DNA from: Candidatus Sericytochromatia bacterium
GTDB lineage: Bacteria > Cyanobacteriota > Sericytochromatia > S15B-MN24 > UBA4093
DNA: 64,000 nucleotides
Direction of reading: 5' to 3'
Assembly (NCBI GenBank): GCA_036676985.1
Contig: JAKFBU010000023.1
Span: 128,001 to 192,000 of the forward strand
Shown: positions 26,672-38,413 of the stretch, one piece after another
Position numbering within the stretch: the first letter of the stretch is position 1
Layout: every line of letters begins with the position of its first letter
Position numbers and translations under genes: made by a program
Notes under the pieces: generated by a model
Told to the model about the DNA's origin: nothing
Databases searched by the model: none
Seen by the model: the letters and a program-made list of their open reading frames with translations, nothing else

Positions 26672-29023
26672 CTAAGCGAACGGCATGCCCAGCTGCTGCG
26701 CCAGCATCGTGACGAAGCCGTCGATCTTGGCCCGGCCCTCCGGCGTCCGGGGATCGGGGGCCCGCTTGGGGTCTTCCAGCGTGTCCCGGACGGCCCGGAC
26801 GGTCCGCAACAGGGCTACCATGGTCGCGGGATGCAGGCTGCCTGGGCGTCCATGGCCGTAAAGGCGATCGCCGATGCCGTTCACGAGGCCCCCTAGCTTG
26901 AGAAACAGCGGCTGAGTGGCCGGCTCCAGGCGGCTGCGGTCGTCGAAGACGCTGCCCAGCAGATTGAGCACCGACATGGCCTCCATGCCGCCCAAGCGGT
27001 AGAGATCCTGCTGACTGGACGGCTTGGCCGGGACATGGGGCAGCCCCAGCGGGACGTCCAGCTCGCTAAATAGCCCGTCGAGCGCTCGCCGCCCCTCTGC
27101 CGTCTTCGGGTCCGGCTTGAAGCCCTCGTCCTGGAGCTTGCCGCGGACCCGCTCGACCGCCATGAACACCTTGGAGAGCTGGTCCTGACTAAGCCCGGTC
27201 TTGTCATGGAAGTCGAGCGTCCGCGCGTCGAGCGCCTCGATGAGGCCGCCCAGCCGCAGGTAAAGAGACTGTGCCGGCTCCTCCAGGCGCGCGAAGTCGT
27301 CGAAGTAGCTACCCAGACGGTGGAGGACCGACAACGACGCCATGGCCCCCTGCACGAAGTTGCTGCGAGCCGACGGTGGCTTGGCCGGCTGGTAGGCGAC
27401 GATGGGACGGATCTGCTGGAAGTAGGCCTCGATGCGGCTCCGGCCCACCTCCGTGCGCGGGTCCGGAGCCTGGAGGCCCTCCTGACCGAAGGACTGCCGC
27501 ACGGCCCGGACGTCCTTCAGCAACTGCCAGAGGTCATTCTGAGCCAGCCCCGCTGGATGTCGGTGGTCACACAGCTTGGCATCCAGGGCCTCCGAGAGCC
27601 CGAGCAGCCTGCGATACAGGGGCCCTGCGACGGGATCCAACTGGGCCATCGGGTCGAAGAACCCCAGCAGCTTGGAGAGCATGGCCATCTCCTCCATGGC
27701 CGCCTGCTTGAAGTTGGCGGTCAGGGTAGGGGGCTTGGCGTCGAGGTGAGGCAGCGCAAGCGCCAGGTCCAGCTCGGCGTAGAGGCGATCCAGCTCGGCG
27801 CGCCCCTCCTCCGTGGCCGGATCGACCCGGCGTGCGGCTGCCTCATGCATGGCCTCGGCGGCCTTGAGGACGCGCAACAGCTGCTCTGGGCCCATGGCCG
27901 AGGTATCTTCGTAGCGGTAGAGGCGATCGCCCACCACCTCCATGAGCCCGCCCAGCCGCAGGAAGAGGGGCTGCGACGCGGGCTCAAGCTGGGCGATGGG
28001 GTCGAAGCAGGCGGATGCCTGGTTGAGACAGAGCAGGGCCTCGCTCGCCGCTTGCTTGAAATTCTGCCGCGGGGTCGGAGCAGGGGCCGGCTGGTACGGC
28101 ACGAAGGGCTTGAGGTGTTGGAAGAAACCCTCGATCTGGCGACGCCCCTCGGCCGTCGTTGGGGAGGGAAGCCCGCCACCCAGGGAATCCAGCGCCTGTC
28201 GCAGGCTCCTCGCGTCCCGCAGGACTTGCAGGAGATCCTCCTGGCGCATCCCAACAGGGTGACGAAGGTCGTTCACGTTTCGGGTGAGGGCCTCCGCGAG
28301 CCCCAGCAGCTGTCGATACAGATCCTGGGAATCGGGCTCCAGCTGGGCGATGGGGTCGAACAGGGCCAGGAGCTTGTTGAGCAGGGCAGTCTGCTCCATG
28401 GCGGCCTGCCGGAAGTTGTCGGTCGCGCTGGGTGGCATGGCTGGCCCATGGGGCAGGGGCAGGACGGCTTCCAGCCGAGCGAGCAGAGCGTCGATGGCCG
28501 CGCCTCCCTCCGGGGTGGCCGGGTCGGGACGGAACTGGTCGTCCGCAATCGACCCTCGCACCTCGTCGACCGCCACCAGGAGCCCGAGTAACTGCTCCTG
28601 GGACAGGGCCGAGCGGTCCGCTGCGTCGAAGAGGCGATCGCCCACAGCCGCGATCAGACCCTGGATCCGCAGGTACAGGGGCTGGGATGCCGGTTGGAGA
28701 GCCGCGATGGGATCGAAGTAGGCGCAAAGCTTGTCGAGACACAGGAGCACCTCGCTCGCCCCCTGCTTGAAGTTCTCACGCGGAGTCGGCGGATCGGCCG
28801 GCAAGGTGCGGGGCGAAAGCTCGATCGGCGATGCGGGCTGGGCGGCCAAGGCCCGTGCCGCTGCGCCCCTCAGGCCCTCGGATCGCACGTTGTGCGCGTC
28901 CGAGTGGATCGACGCATGCTGGGCGGGAGTGATGGGACGAGAGGCCGGAACGCTCGGGCGAGCGCTCGATGCGGGCATCGAGGACAGGGGGGCGGGGCGA
29001 AGAGCCTCCGGACGGATCTCCAT
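26672..29023 (-). CDS. orphan protein with six ~118-aa helical repeats
   Basis: recurring NFKQ.A.E, FDP.A.L.P, LY.RL.GL, PDP.T.EGR; GGAGG RBS. Confidence 0.75.
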   Translation of the reverse strand: MEIRPEALRPAPLSSMPASSARPSVPASRPITPAQHASIHSDAHNVRSEGLRGAAARALAAQPASPIELSPRTLPADPPTPRENFKQGASEVLLCLDKLCAYFDPIAALQPASQPLYLRIQGLIAAVGDRLFDAADRSALSQEQLLGLLVAVDEVRGSIADDQFRPDPATPEGGAAIDALLARLEAVLPLPHGPAMPPSATDNFRQAAMEQTALLNKLLALFDPIAQLEPDSQDLYRQLLGLAEALTRNVNDLRHPVGMRQEDLLQVLRDARSLRQALDSLGGGLPSPTTAEGRRQIEGFFQHLKPFVPYQPAPAPTPRQNFKQAASEALLCLNQASACFDPIAQLEPASQPLFLRLGGLMEVVGDRLYRYEDTSAMGPEQLLRVLKAAEAMHEAAARRVDPATEEGRAELDRLYAELDLALALPHLDAKPPTLTANFKQAAMEEMAMLSKLLGFFDPMAQLDPVAGPLYRRLLGLSEALDAKLCDHRHPAGLAQNDLWQLLKDVRAVRQSFGQEGLQAPDPRTEVGRSRIEAYFQQIRPIVAYQPAKPPSARSNFVQGAMASLSVLHRLGSYFDDFARLEEPAQSLYLRLGGLIEALDARTLDFHDKTGLSQDQLSKVFMAVERVRGKLQDEGFKPDPKTAEGRRALDGLFSELDVPLGLPHVPAKPSSQQDLYRLGGMEAMSVLNLLGSVFDDRSRLEPATQPLFLKLGGLVNGIGDRLYGHGRPGSLHPATMVALLRTVRAVRDTLEDPKRAPDPRTPEGRAKIDGFVTMLAQQLGMPFA

Positions 29024-29239
29024 GCGAACCTCCTCTCCAATTTCAACTCATTAACGCTATGTCGTTAATATATCACAAGCAACCGACATGGCTCCCATTT
29101 TTTTGAAAGCCGGCCGATCGCTCGCAACGGAAAAGGCCTCCCGCCGCCTGCAAGGCTGAAGCCAAGCAAGTGAGCGGGAGGCCGTTGCGCCGGGGACCCG
29201 GTTCGCCCGGGCCGCCATAAGGAAGAAGCCGCAGGTCGG

Positions 29240-31843
<2,604 letters not shown>

Positions 31844-31930
31844 GGGGAGCCTCCTCGGAACGTCACGGAGTCGAGACGCGGCATGGGGGGCTCGAAAGGA
31901 GTGCCCCCTTGATGCATCCCATTAATATAA

Positions 31931-31951
31931 CTTGAGCGCATGATTGTCAAG
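31931..31951 (-). promoter_or_regulatory. HAIR-like (HspR) operator overlapping the TTGACA -35 of clpB
   Basis: CTTGAGC-N7-TGTCAAG versus HAIR consensus CTTGAGT-N7-ACTCAAG. Confidence 0.65.
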
Positions 31952-32158
31952 ACAACCCCGGGCGAACCCGCCGAAAGAGGTACCATCAAACGGTTTGAAG
32001 CCAGATCGGTAGATCTTGCTTGCCAGCCTTGTAAACTTATGTTAAGTTGTTACAAGACTTTACAAGTGAGCTCTCAGCGGCCCGTGACCACGAGTCGTCT
32101 GCTGAGGAGATGTCGTCGCAGCAGTACCATCTTGCCGGTACGAGGGAGGGATTCAAGC

Positions 32159-33511
32159 ATGCATGTGAGTTTCTACGTCCCGGAGAACACCGATCCTCAA
32201 GCGGCCGGCAATGCCGCTTCGACTGCCGAGGGAGCCGCCTTTTCTCCGACCTCCCTGGCGCTCTCCATTCGCCTGACCCAGCTCGCCTTGGACAGCGCGG
32301 GGCTCGAGGCGATCGCCAAGGCCCTCGCCACCGACATGCGGGCCCCGGTCCTCATCGAGGATCGTCAGTTCAACCTGCTCGCCCACTTCGCCCCTTCGGG
32401 CATCACCTCCAAGACCTACGACGAGCTGGTCACGTCAAGCGGCACGCCCGTGTCCATCCTCAAGGAGCTCGAGGATTCGGGCGCCTTGAGGCAGCTGCGC
32501 AACGAGCGCGGGCTCCTGACCATCCCCGCGGTCGACGGCGGTCAGCCCCGTCACCTCTGCCCGGTGGTCATCGGCGGGGAGATCATGGGCTACCTCTCCT
32601 GCATCGACCTGGACGGCCAGGCCGGAGCGCTCGCCCCCGAGTACCTGATGGCCGGCATCCACGGCGTGGCCATCGAGCTCCTCAAGCAGAAGGGCATTGC
32701 CGAGAACGAGCAGAAGCTGCGCCGGGACTTCTTCCGCGACCTCCTCTTCTCCAACGGCAACATCTCGCCCGAGACCCTGCACCGCCGCGCCACCTACCTG
32801 GGCTACCAGCTCTCCTCCGCCTACTGGGCGCTGGTCGTCGAGTTCGACCAGGTCCCCAACGAGGAGCTCTTGCCCGACGAGGTCAAGAAGCTCGCAAGCT
32901 CCCTCAACTCGCTGTTGAGCTTCCGACAGGCGCTGGTGATCACCCAAACGCAAGGTGCGACCATCCTCTACCCCATCAAGGAGGGGCAGCCCAGCCTCGA
33001 CAAGATCAAGCACCTGGCCGAGACTATCCGCCAGAAGATCTCGGGTACGACCCAGGGCTGGACCGTCTCCATCGGCGTGGGACAGCTCTACAACGACCTC
33101 TTGTCGATCCCTCGCTCGTACCGCGAGGCCCAGCACGCCGTGAAGATCGGCCGCGCGCTCAACGGCCCCAACACCATCGCGTGCTTCGCGGAGCTCGGCA
33201 TCTACCGCATGCTGCTGCAGTTCGCCCAGACTCAGAACCCCAACGAGTTCTTCTGCGAGGCCCTGCAGCGTTTGCTCGAGTATGACCAGCAGGCGGACAA
33301 GGAGCTCGTCAAGACGCTGACGGCCTTCCTGGAGTGCAACGGCAACCTGACGGAGACGTCGGATCGCCTCTTCATCCACCGCAACACGCTCAAGTACCGC
33401 CTGGAGCGGATCCGCGACATCACGCAGATCGACCTGGACGACTCGGAAAACCGCTTGATGCTGCATCTCGGCCTCAAGATGAACCAGATCGTCTCGACGC
33501 TCAAGCGCTGA
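32159..33511 (+). CDS. PucR/CdaR family transcriptional regulator
   Basis: VSIGVG, SYREA, LFIHRNTLKYRLERI C-terminal HTH. Confidence 0.9.
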   Translation: MHVSFYVPENTDPQAAGNAASTAEGAAFSPTSLALSIRLTQLALDSAGLEAIAKALATDMRAPVLIEDRQFNLLAHFAPSGITSKTYDELVTSSGTPVSILKELEDSGALRQLRNERGLLTIPAVDGGQPRHLCPVVIGGEIMGYLSCIDLDGQAGALAPEYLMAGIHGVAIELLKQKGIAENEQKLRRDFFRDLLFSNGNISPETLHRRATYLGYQLSSAYWALVVEFDQVPNEELLPDEVKKLASSLNSLLSFRQALVITQTQGATILYPIKEGQPSLDKIKHLAETIRQKISGTTQGWTVSIGVGQLYNDLLSIPRSYREAQHAVKIGRALNGPNTIACFAELGIYRMLLQFAQTQNPNEFFCEALQRLLEYDQQADKELVKTLTAFLECNGNLTETSDRLFIHRNTLKYRLERIRDITQIDLDDSENRLMLHLGLKMNQIVSTLKR

Positions 33512-33525
33512 GCCAACCCTCGTCA

Positions 33526-33556
33526 GACGGCCGCCTGCAGTGCAGGCGGCCGTTTT
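33526..33556 (+). terminator. hairpin terminator
   Basis: GACGGCCGCCTGCA-G-TGCAGGCGGCCGTTTT. Confidence 0.65.
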
Positions 33557-33742
33557 CGTTGCAACGCCATGGCCTGGCCGAAAGGGAATGGTACCCGCCA
33601 CAAAGGCCGATGCCGAGCGCTCTGCAGGGCGAGTCCTCCCCTCTTGAACGGCAGAGCATTCGTTGCATCCGGGTCCGGCAACATGTTAGCGTCCGGCCAA
33701 AGCCGCAGCAGAGCGAGCGAGTGCTTCGAAAGGAGGCCATCG

Positions 33743-34630
33743 ATGGCGAATAGGGCCTTGACGGCGGCGTTTGCCGCGACCCTGGGCATCGCAATGGCGC
33801 TGCCCGCGCATGCCCAAATGCGCACCTCCCAGCCTTCCCGGAGCGCGGTCACTCCGGCCACCGAGATCCAGCCGGTGGTGGGGCCGACCCGCTTCTTCAT
33901 GATTCCTCGATCGGACGTGCTTCCGACCGGTGAGTCCGTGACCTCCGCCGCCCTCCAGATCAGCACCGCTGCTCCGGCGCAGGTCACCCCGGGCCTCGGC
34001 GTACCGGCCCCGACCGCCCCCGGCATGGGGCTCGGCTTCGGGTACTCGGGCAACGCCCTGAGCCTGGCCAACCAGACGGGCATGGGGCCCTTCCAGCTGG
34101 ACACGGGCATCACGGCGTACGCCACCACCCCGTGGCAGGGCCGGTTGGATCTCGCGGGTAAGATGGGCATCCTGCAGCAGCAGTTCGGCATTCCCATCAA
34201 CATCGCCGGCGTGGCGGGCGCGGCCCTGAACCTCGACGCCAACGGCACCCCGAGCCTCGGCTTCAACGTCGGTATCCCGATCGGTGGGGCGATCGCCTTC
34301 ACCGACATGAACCGGCTGTCGTTGACCCTGTATCCCAACTGGGGCACGGGCCTGGTGGCACCGGGCGTGGTGGGGGCCGGCATCGTGCCTTCGACCCGGT
34401 TCGCCCTGGGCGTGGGCGGTGCGTTGACGCTGACGGACACCCTGGCGCTCTTGGCTGACACGAGCATCCTGGCGACGACCGCGGGCGCGCCGAGCGAAGG
34501 CGGCAACGTGGGTCTGCGCTTCGGATACTCGCCGAACGTGACCTTCGACCTGTGGGCCGGCATGGCTCCGGCCGCGGCCGTGGGCACCACGCCCATCAAC
34601 ATGGGGGTGGGGTTGAACTGGCAGTACTAA
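33743..34630 (+). CDS. exported protein, probable outer-membrane beta-barrel
   Basis: AAGGAGG RBS, signal peptide ending AHA, alternating beta strands, C-terminal GVGLNWQY. Confidence 0.65.
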   Translation: MANRALTAAFAATLGIAMALPAHAQMRTSQPSRSAVTPATEIQPVVGPTRFFMIPRSDVLPTGESVTSAALQISTAAPAQVTPGLGVPAPTAPGMGLGFGYSGNALSLANQTGMGPFQLDTGITAYATTPWQGRLDLAGKMGILQQQFGIPINIAGVAGAALNLDANGTPSLGFNVGIPIGGAIAFTDMNRLSLTLYPNWGTGLVAPGVVGAGIVPSTRFALGVGGALTLTDTLALLADTSILATTAGAPSEGGNVGLRFGYSPNVTFDLWAGMAPAAAVGTTPINMGVGLNWQY

Positions 34631-34690
34631 TAGGGGTTGATCCTGGGGGCTCGCCGAGTGGCGGGCCCCCTTCCGCTTTGGTTGCTAGTC

Positions 34691-34837
34691 ACCCCCCCTT
34701 CCCCCCCTGCTTCGCAAGGGGGGCACAAGGACTGGACCCGGCTTCGCCGGGCCGGTTTGATTGAGGGGCACCTCCTTCAATCCTGCGCAGCAGGACGCCC
34801 TAAGCCCCCCTTGCGAAGCAGGGGGGGAAGGGGGGGT
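34691..34837. repeat. REP doublet: perfect 34-bp inverted repeat with 79-bp spacer
   Basis: A-C7-TT-C7-TGCTTCGCAA-G6-C at 34691-34724 and its reverse complement at 34804-34837. Confidence 0.85.
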
Positions 34838-34853
34838 CAATTGAATCGCCAGG

Positions 34854-35801
34854 TTACGAGTAGACTTCCGCCCGCAAGAGGTAGGATGCCCCCTTCTCGG
34901 GCAGCGGAATCACCAGCCGGTCGAAGTCACTGGGCATCACGAAGCGATCGAAGACGGTCTTGGCCTCCGCGATGATCTCGCGCGGCGTGTACCGGAAGCT
35001 CATGTGCGTGAGCGCCAAGAGCTTTACGTCCGCCTCCTTGGCCACCTGGGCGGCTTCCGCCGCCGTCGAGTGCATGGTGTGCCGCGCCCGCTCGGCCTCT
35101 TCCTGGGTGAAGGTCGAGTCGTGCACCAGGAGGTCCGCCCCGCGCGCGGCCTCGATCACCGAACGGCACGGCCGCGTGTCGCCCGTGAGCACGATGCTGC
35201 GACCCGGCCGCGACTCGCCCAGGACGTCCTCGGGCCGCACCACGCCGCCCGGGACCTCCACCGTCTCGCCGCGCTGTAGCCGGCCGAAGTCCGGCCCCGG
35301 CTTCACGCCGAGCTCTCGGGCGCGCTCCACGTCGAAGCGGCCCGGACGCGGGTCTTCCGCGAGCTTGAAGCCCAGGCTGCTGATCTTGTGGTCCGTGGCC
35401 ACGCCCACCACCCGGTAGCCGTCGAAGGGAATCTCCGCGCCCGGCTGGAGCTCATGCCAGCTGATGGGAAAGTCCACCTTGCCGATGAGGCGCTTGAGGA
35501 CGTCGAGGAAGTCCAGGAGGCCCCTCGGACCGTAGACCGCGATGGGCTCGGTGCGCCCCCAGAGCTGCCAGGTCTTCATGAGGCCGGGCAGGCCCAGGTA
35601 GTGGTCCGCATGCAGGTGGGTGATGAAGACGTGCGAGATCTGGTTGATGCCGATCCCGATCCGGATGAGCTGACGCTGGGTGCCCTCCCCGCAGTCCACC
35701 AGGAAGCGATCGCTTCCGCGCTGCACCAGGGTGGCCGAGAGGTTTCGCTGCGGGGTGGGGACCGATCCGGCCGTCCCGAGAAAGAGCACGCTGAGTTCCA
35801 T
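34854..35801 (-). CDS. rnz: ribonuclease Z
   Basis: FLGTAGSVP, DCGEG, HLHADH, GP exosite, GDT, HDSTF. Confidence 0.95.
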   Translation of the reverse strand: MELSVLFLGTAGSVPTPQRNLSATLVQRGSDRFLVDCGEGTQRQLIRIGIGINQISHVFITHLHADHYLGLPGLMKTWQLWGRTEPIAVYGPRGLLDFLDVLKRLIGKVDFPISWHELQPGAEIPFDGYRVVGVATDHKISSLGFKLAEDPRPGRFDVERARELGVKPGPDFGRLQRGETVEVPGGVVRPEDVLGESRPGRSIVLTGDTRPCRSVIEAARGADLLVHDSTFTQEEAERARHTMHSTAAEAAQVAKEADVKLLALTHMSFRYTPREIIAEAKTVFDRFVMPSDFDRLVIPLPEKGASYLLRAEVYS

Positions 35802-35902
35802 CTATCCAGTGTAACACAGCCCCACAAGGCGACCGGGCCGCCAGCGCAGTCGCGCTGGCGGCCCGGCGAAGGGACGCGTTCCGGCCCGAAAAGCCGCGGG
35901 CG

Positions 35903-37711
35903 CTAGGAGACGGGCACCTGGGCGCCCGCGTACATGCCGTCGATGGCGTCCTGGTAACGCTTGAGGACGTTGCGGCGCTTGAGCTTGAGGGTCGGAGTCA
36001 GTTCGTCGCTCTCCTGGGTGAACTCCTGGGCGAGGATCACGAACTCCTTGATCTGCTCGAAGCGGGCGAAGTCCTTGGTCTGCTGGTCGATCTCCTTGCG
36101 GACGAGCTCCTTGACCTCGGGGCGCGCCACGAGCTCCGCCCGGGACGCGGCCGACCAGCCGCGCTCCTTGGCCACCCGCTCCAGCGTCTCGAAGTTGGGC
36201 ACCACCAGCGCGGTGATGTAGTTGCGGTTGTCGCCGATGACCATGGCCTGGGCGATGAAGGCGCTCAGCGCCATCGCGTTCTCGATGGGCTGCGGGGCCA
36301 CGTTCTTGCCGTTGGACATGACGAGGATCTCCTTCTTGCGGTCGGTGATCCGCAAGAAGCCGTCCTCCAGGGCGCCGATGTCGCCGGTGTGCAGCCAGCC
36401 GTCCGCATCCACGGTCTCCCGGGTGGCCTCCTCGTTGTTGAAGTAACCGAGCATGATGTTGGGGCCGCGGGCCAGGATCTCGCCGTCCTCGGCCAGCTTG
36501 ACCTCCACGTGCGGGATGGGGTGGCCCACCGTGCCGAGGCGGATCTTGCCCGGGCGGTTGCAGGCGATGACCGGGCTACTCTCCGTCAGGCCGTAGCCCT
36601 CGAGGATGGTGATGCCGATGACGTTGAAGAAGATGCCCACTTCCTTGGGGAGGGGCGCGCCGCCCGAGATGCAGTAGCGGAGGTTGCCGCCGGTGCGCTC
36701 GCGGACCTTGGAGAAGACGATCTTGTCGGCGAGGGTGTACTGGAGGTTGGTGAAGAAGTCGGGCTCGCGGCCCGCGGCCTTGGCCTCGTACACCCGGCGA
36801 CCCATCTCGAGGCCCCAGTAGAAGAGCGTCTGCTTGACGGCCGAGCCCGAGTCGATGGACTCGAAGACGCGCGCGCGGATCTTCTCGAACAGGCGCGGCA
36901 CGCTGACCAGGAAGGTCGGGCGAACCTCCGTGAGGTTGGCGGCCACCGTGTCGATGGACTCGGCGTAGTTGATGAGCGCCCCCTGGTGCAGGAAGGCGTA
37001 GTAGGCCACCCGCTCGAGCACATGGCTGAGCGGCAGGAAGCTGAGGCAGGAGTCCGTGGAGTGCAGGTCGATGATGCCGCACACGGTGCTCGCGTTGGAG
37101 GCGAAGTTGCGGTGGCTCAGCATGACGCCCTTGGGGTTGCCCGTGGTGCCCGAGGTGTAGATGATGGAGACCACGCTCGCGGGCTCGATGCCCTTCTCGC
37201 GCATGGCGAGCTCCTCGGCGTACTGGGAGACGACGGACTCGCCCTTGGCGACGAAGTCCGCGAGGGTGGTGACCGTGAGGCCGTCCCGGCCCTCGGCGGG
37301 GCCGTCCATGACGATCACGTGCCGCACCGAGTCCGCCTCCTGGCAGGCCTCGAGGACCTTTTGGAGCTGGGCCTGCGACGAGCAGACGACGGTCTGGGGG
37401 CGGCAGTCGTTGAGGATGTAGGCGAGCTGCTTGGCCGTGAGCGTCATGTAGATGGGGACGTTGACGGCGCCCGTGCGGATGATGGCCAGGTCCGACTGGA
37501 CCCACTCGGGGCGGTTCTCGCTCAACAGGGCGACGCGATCGCCCGGGCGCACGCCCAGGTCGAGGAGGGCCGAGGCCATGGCCGTGATCCGGCGGTCCAT
37601 CTCGCCGTAGGTGATGTCGTGCCACGAGCCGTCGGCCTTGAAGCGGAAGCCGGGCCGATCCCGGTGCTGCCGCATGGTCTGCTCATAGATCGCGACGATC
37701 GTGTCCAGCAT
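35903..37711 (-). CDS. long-chain fatty acid-CoA ligase
   Basis: YTSGTTGNPKGV, GYGLTE, GWLHTGD, NGKNVAP. Confidence 0.92.
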   Translation of the reverse strand: MLDTIVAIYEQTMRQHRDRPGFRFKADGSWHDITYGEMDRRITAMASALLDLGVRPGDRVALLSENRPEWVQSDLAIIRTGAVNVPIYMTLTAKQLAYILNDCRPQTVVCSSQAQLQKVLEACQEADSVRHVIVMDGPAEGRDGLTVTTLADFVAKGESVVSQYAEELAMREKGIEPASVVSIIYTSGTTGNPKGVMLSHRNFASNASTVCGIIDLHSTDSCLSFLPLSHVLERVAYYAFLHQGALINYAESIDTVAANLTEVRPTFLVSVPRLFEKIRARVFESIDSGSAVKQTLFYWGLEMGRRVYEAKAAGREPDFFTNLQYTLADKIVFSKVRERTGGNLRYCISGGAPLPKEVGIFFNVIGITILEGYGLTESSPVIACNRPGKIRLGTVGHPIPHVEVKLAEDGEILARGPNIMLGYFNNEEATRETVDADGWLHTGDIGALEDGFLRITDRKKEILVMSNGKNVAPQPIENAMALSAFIAQAMVIGDNRNYITALVVPNFETLERVAKERGWSAASRAELVARPEVKELVRKEIDQQTKDFARFEQIKEFVILAQEFTQESDELTPTLKLKRRNVLKRYQDAIDGMYAGAQVPVS

Positions 37712-37807
37712 CCTTCCTCCTTGTCCGTGCGCAGGGGCGGCATCGCCCCCGCCAAGTCAGGGCCATTATAGCCGTTTGGCCCCTTTACGGCTACATCGTC
37801 CCCAACG

Positions 37808-37842
37808 CAACAAGGCGGGAAGCTACTGCTTCCCGCCTTGTT
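37808..37842 (-). terminator. terminator after khpA
   Basis: CAACAAGGCGGGAAGC-TACT-GCTTCCCGCCTTGTTG. Confidence 0.75.
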
Positions 37843-37852
37843 GGCATTTTAG

Positions 37853-38092
37853 CTACTCGTTGAGCAGATCCAGGTAGATCGGCTCCCGCTGCTTGGTTCC
37901 GGCGGCCCTGAGCACGGCCCGGATCGCATTGATCGTCCGGCCCTGCTTGCCGATCACCTTGCCCACGTCATCGGGATCGACCTGGACGCTCAGACGAATG
38001 GCGTCTTCATCATCCGATCGGTTGATGACCAGCGCCTCGGGGTTCGAGACGACGGCCTTCAGGATGGTTTCGGCTACGGCGACAGGGTCCAT
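37853..38092 (-). CDS. khpA: KH domain RNA-binding protein
   Basis: DVGKVIGKQGRTINAIR, directly after rpsP. Confidence 0.9.
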   Translation of the reverse strand: MDPVAVAETILKAVVSNPEALVINRSDDEDAIRLSVQVDPDDVGKVIGKQGRTINAIRAVLRAAGTKQREPIYLDLLNE

Positions 38093-38100
38093 CGGGTCTC

Positions 38101-38358
38101 CTACTTGGCGGCGAGCTTCTCGAACGCGCCGATCTTCTTCAGCAGCTCACGAGCGGTCTCGGTGGGCTGAGCGCCGTTCCGGAGCCACTTGAGGGCGGCC
38201 TCCTCGTTGATACGGACTTCAGCGGGCTCCTTCTGGGGATCGTAGAAGCCGATCTCCTCGATCACGCGGCCATCGCGGCGCACGCGGCCATCCGCCACGA
38301 CCATGCGGTACTTCGGGTGCTTGGTCGCCCCGACCCGCTTCAAGCGAATCTTAACCAT
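38101..38358 (-). CDS. rpsP: 30S ribosomal protein S16
   Basis: [29 protein letters not shown]. Confidence 0.98.
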   Translation of the reverse strand: MVKIRLKRVGATKHPKYRMVVADGRVRRDGRVIEEIGFYDPQKEPAEVRINEEAALKWLRNGAQPTETARELLKKIGAFEKLAAK

Positions 38359-38413
38359 GTGTATTTCACCTCCTTTGCCATAGCGTATGGCTGTGTATTG
38401 GACTGACGTTGGT

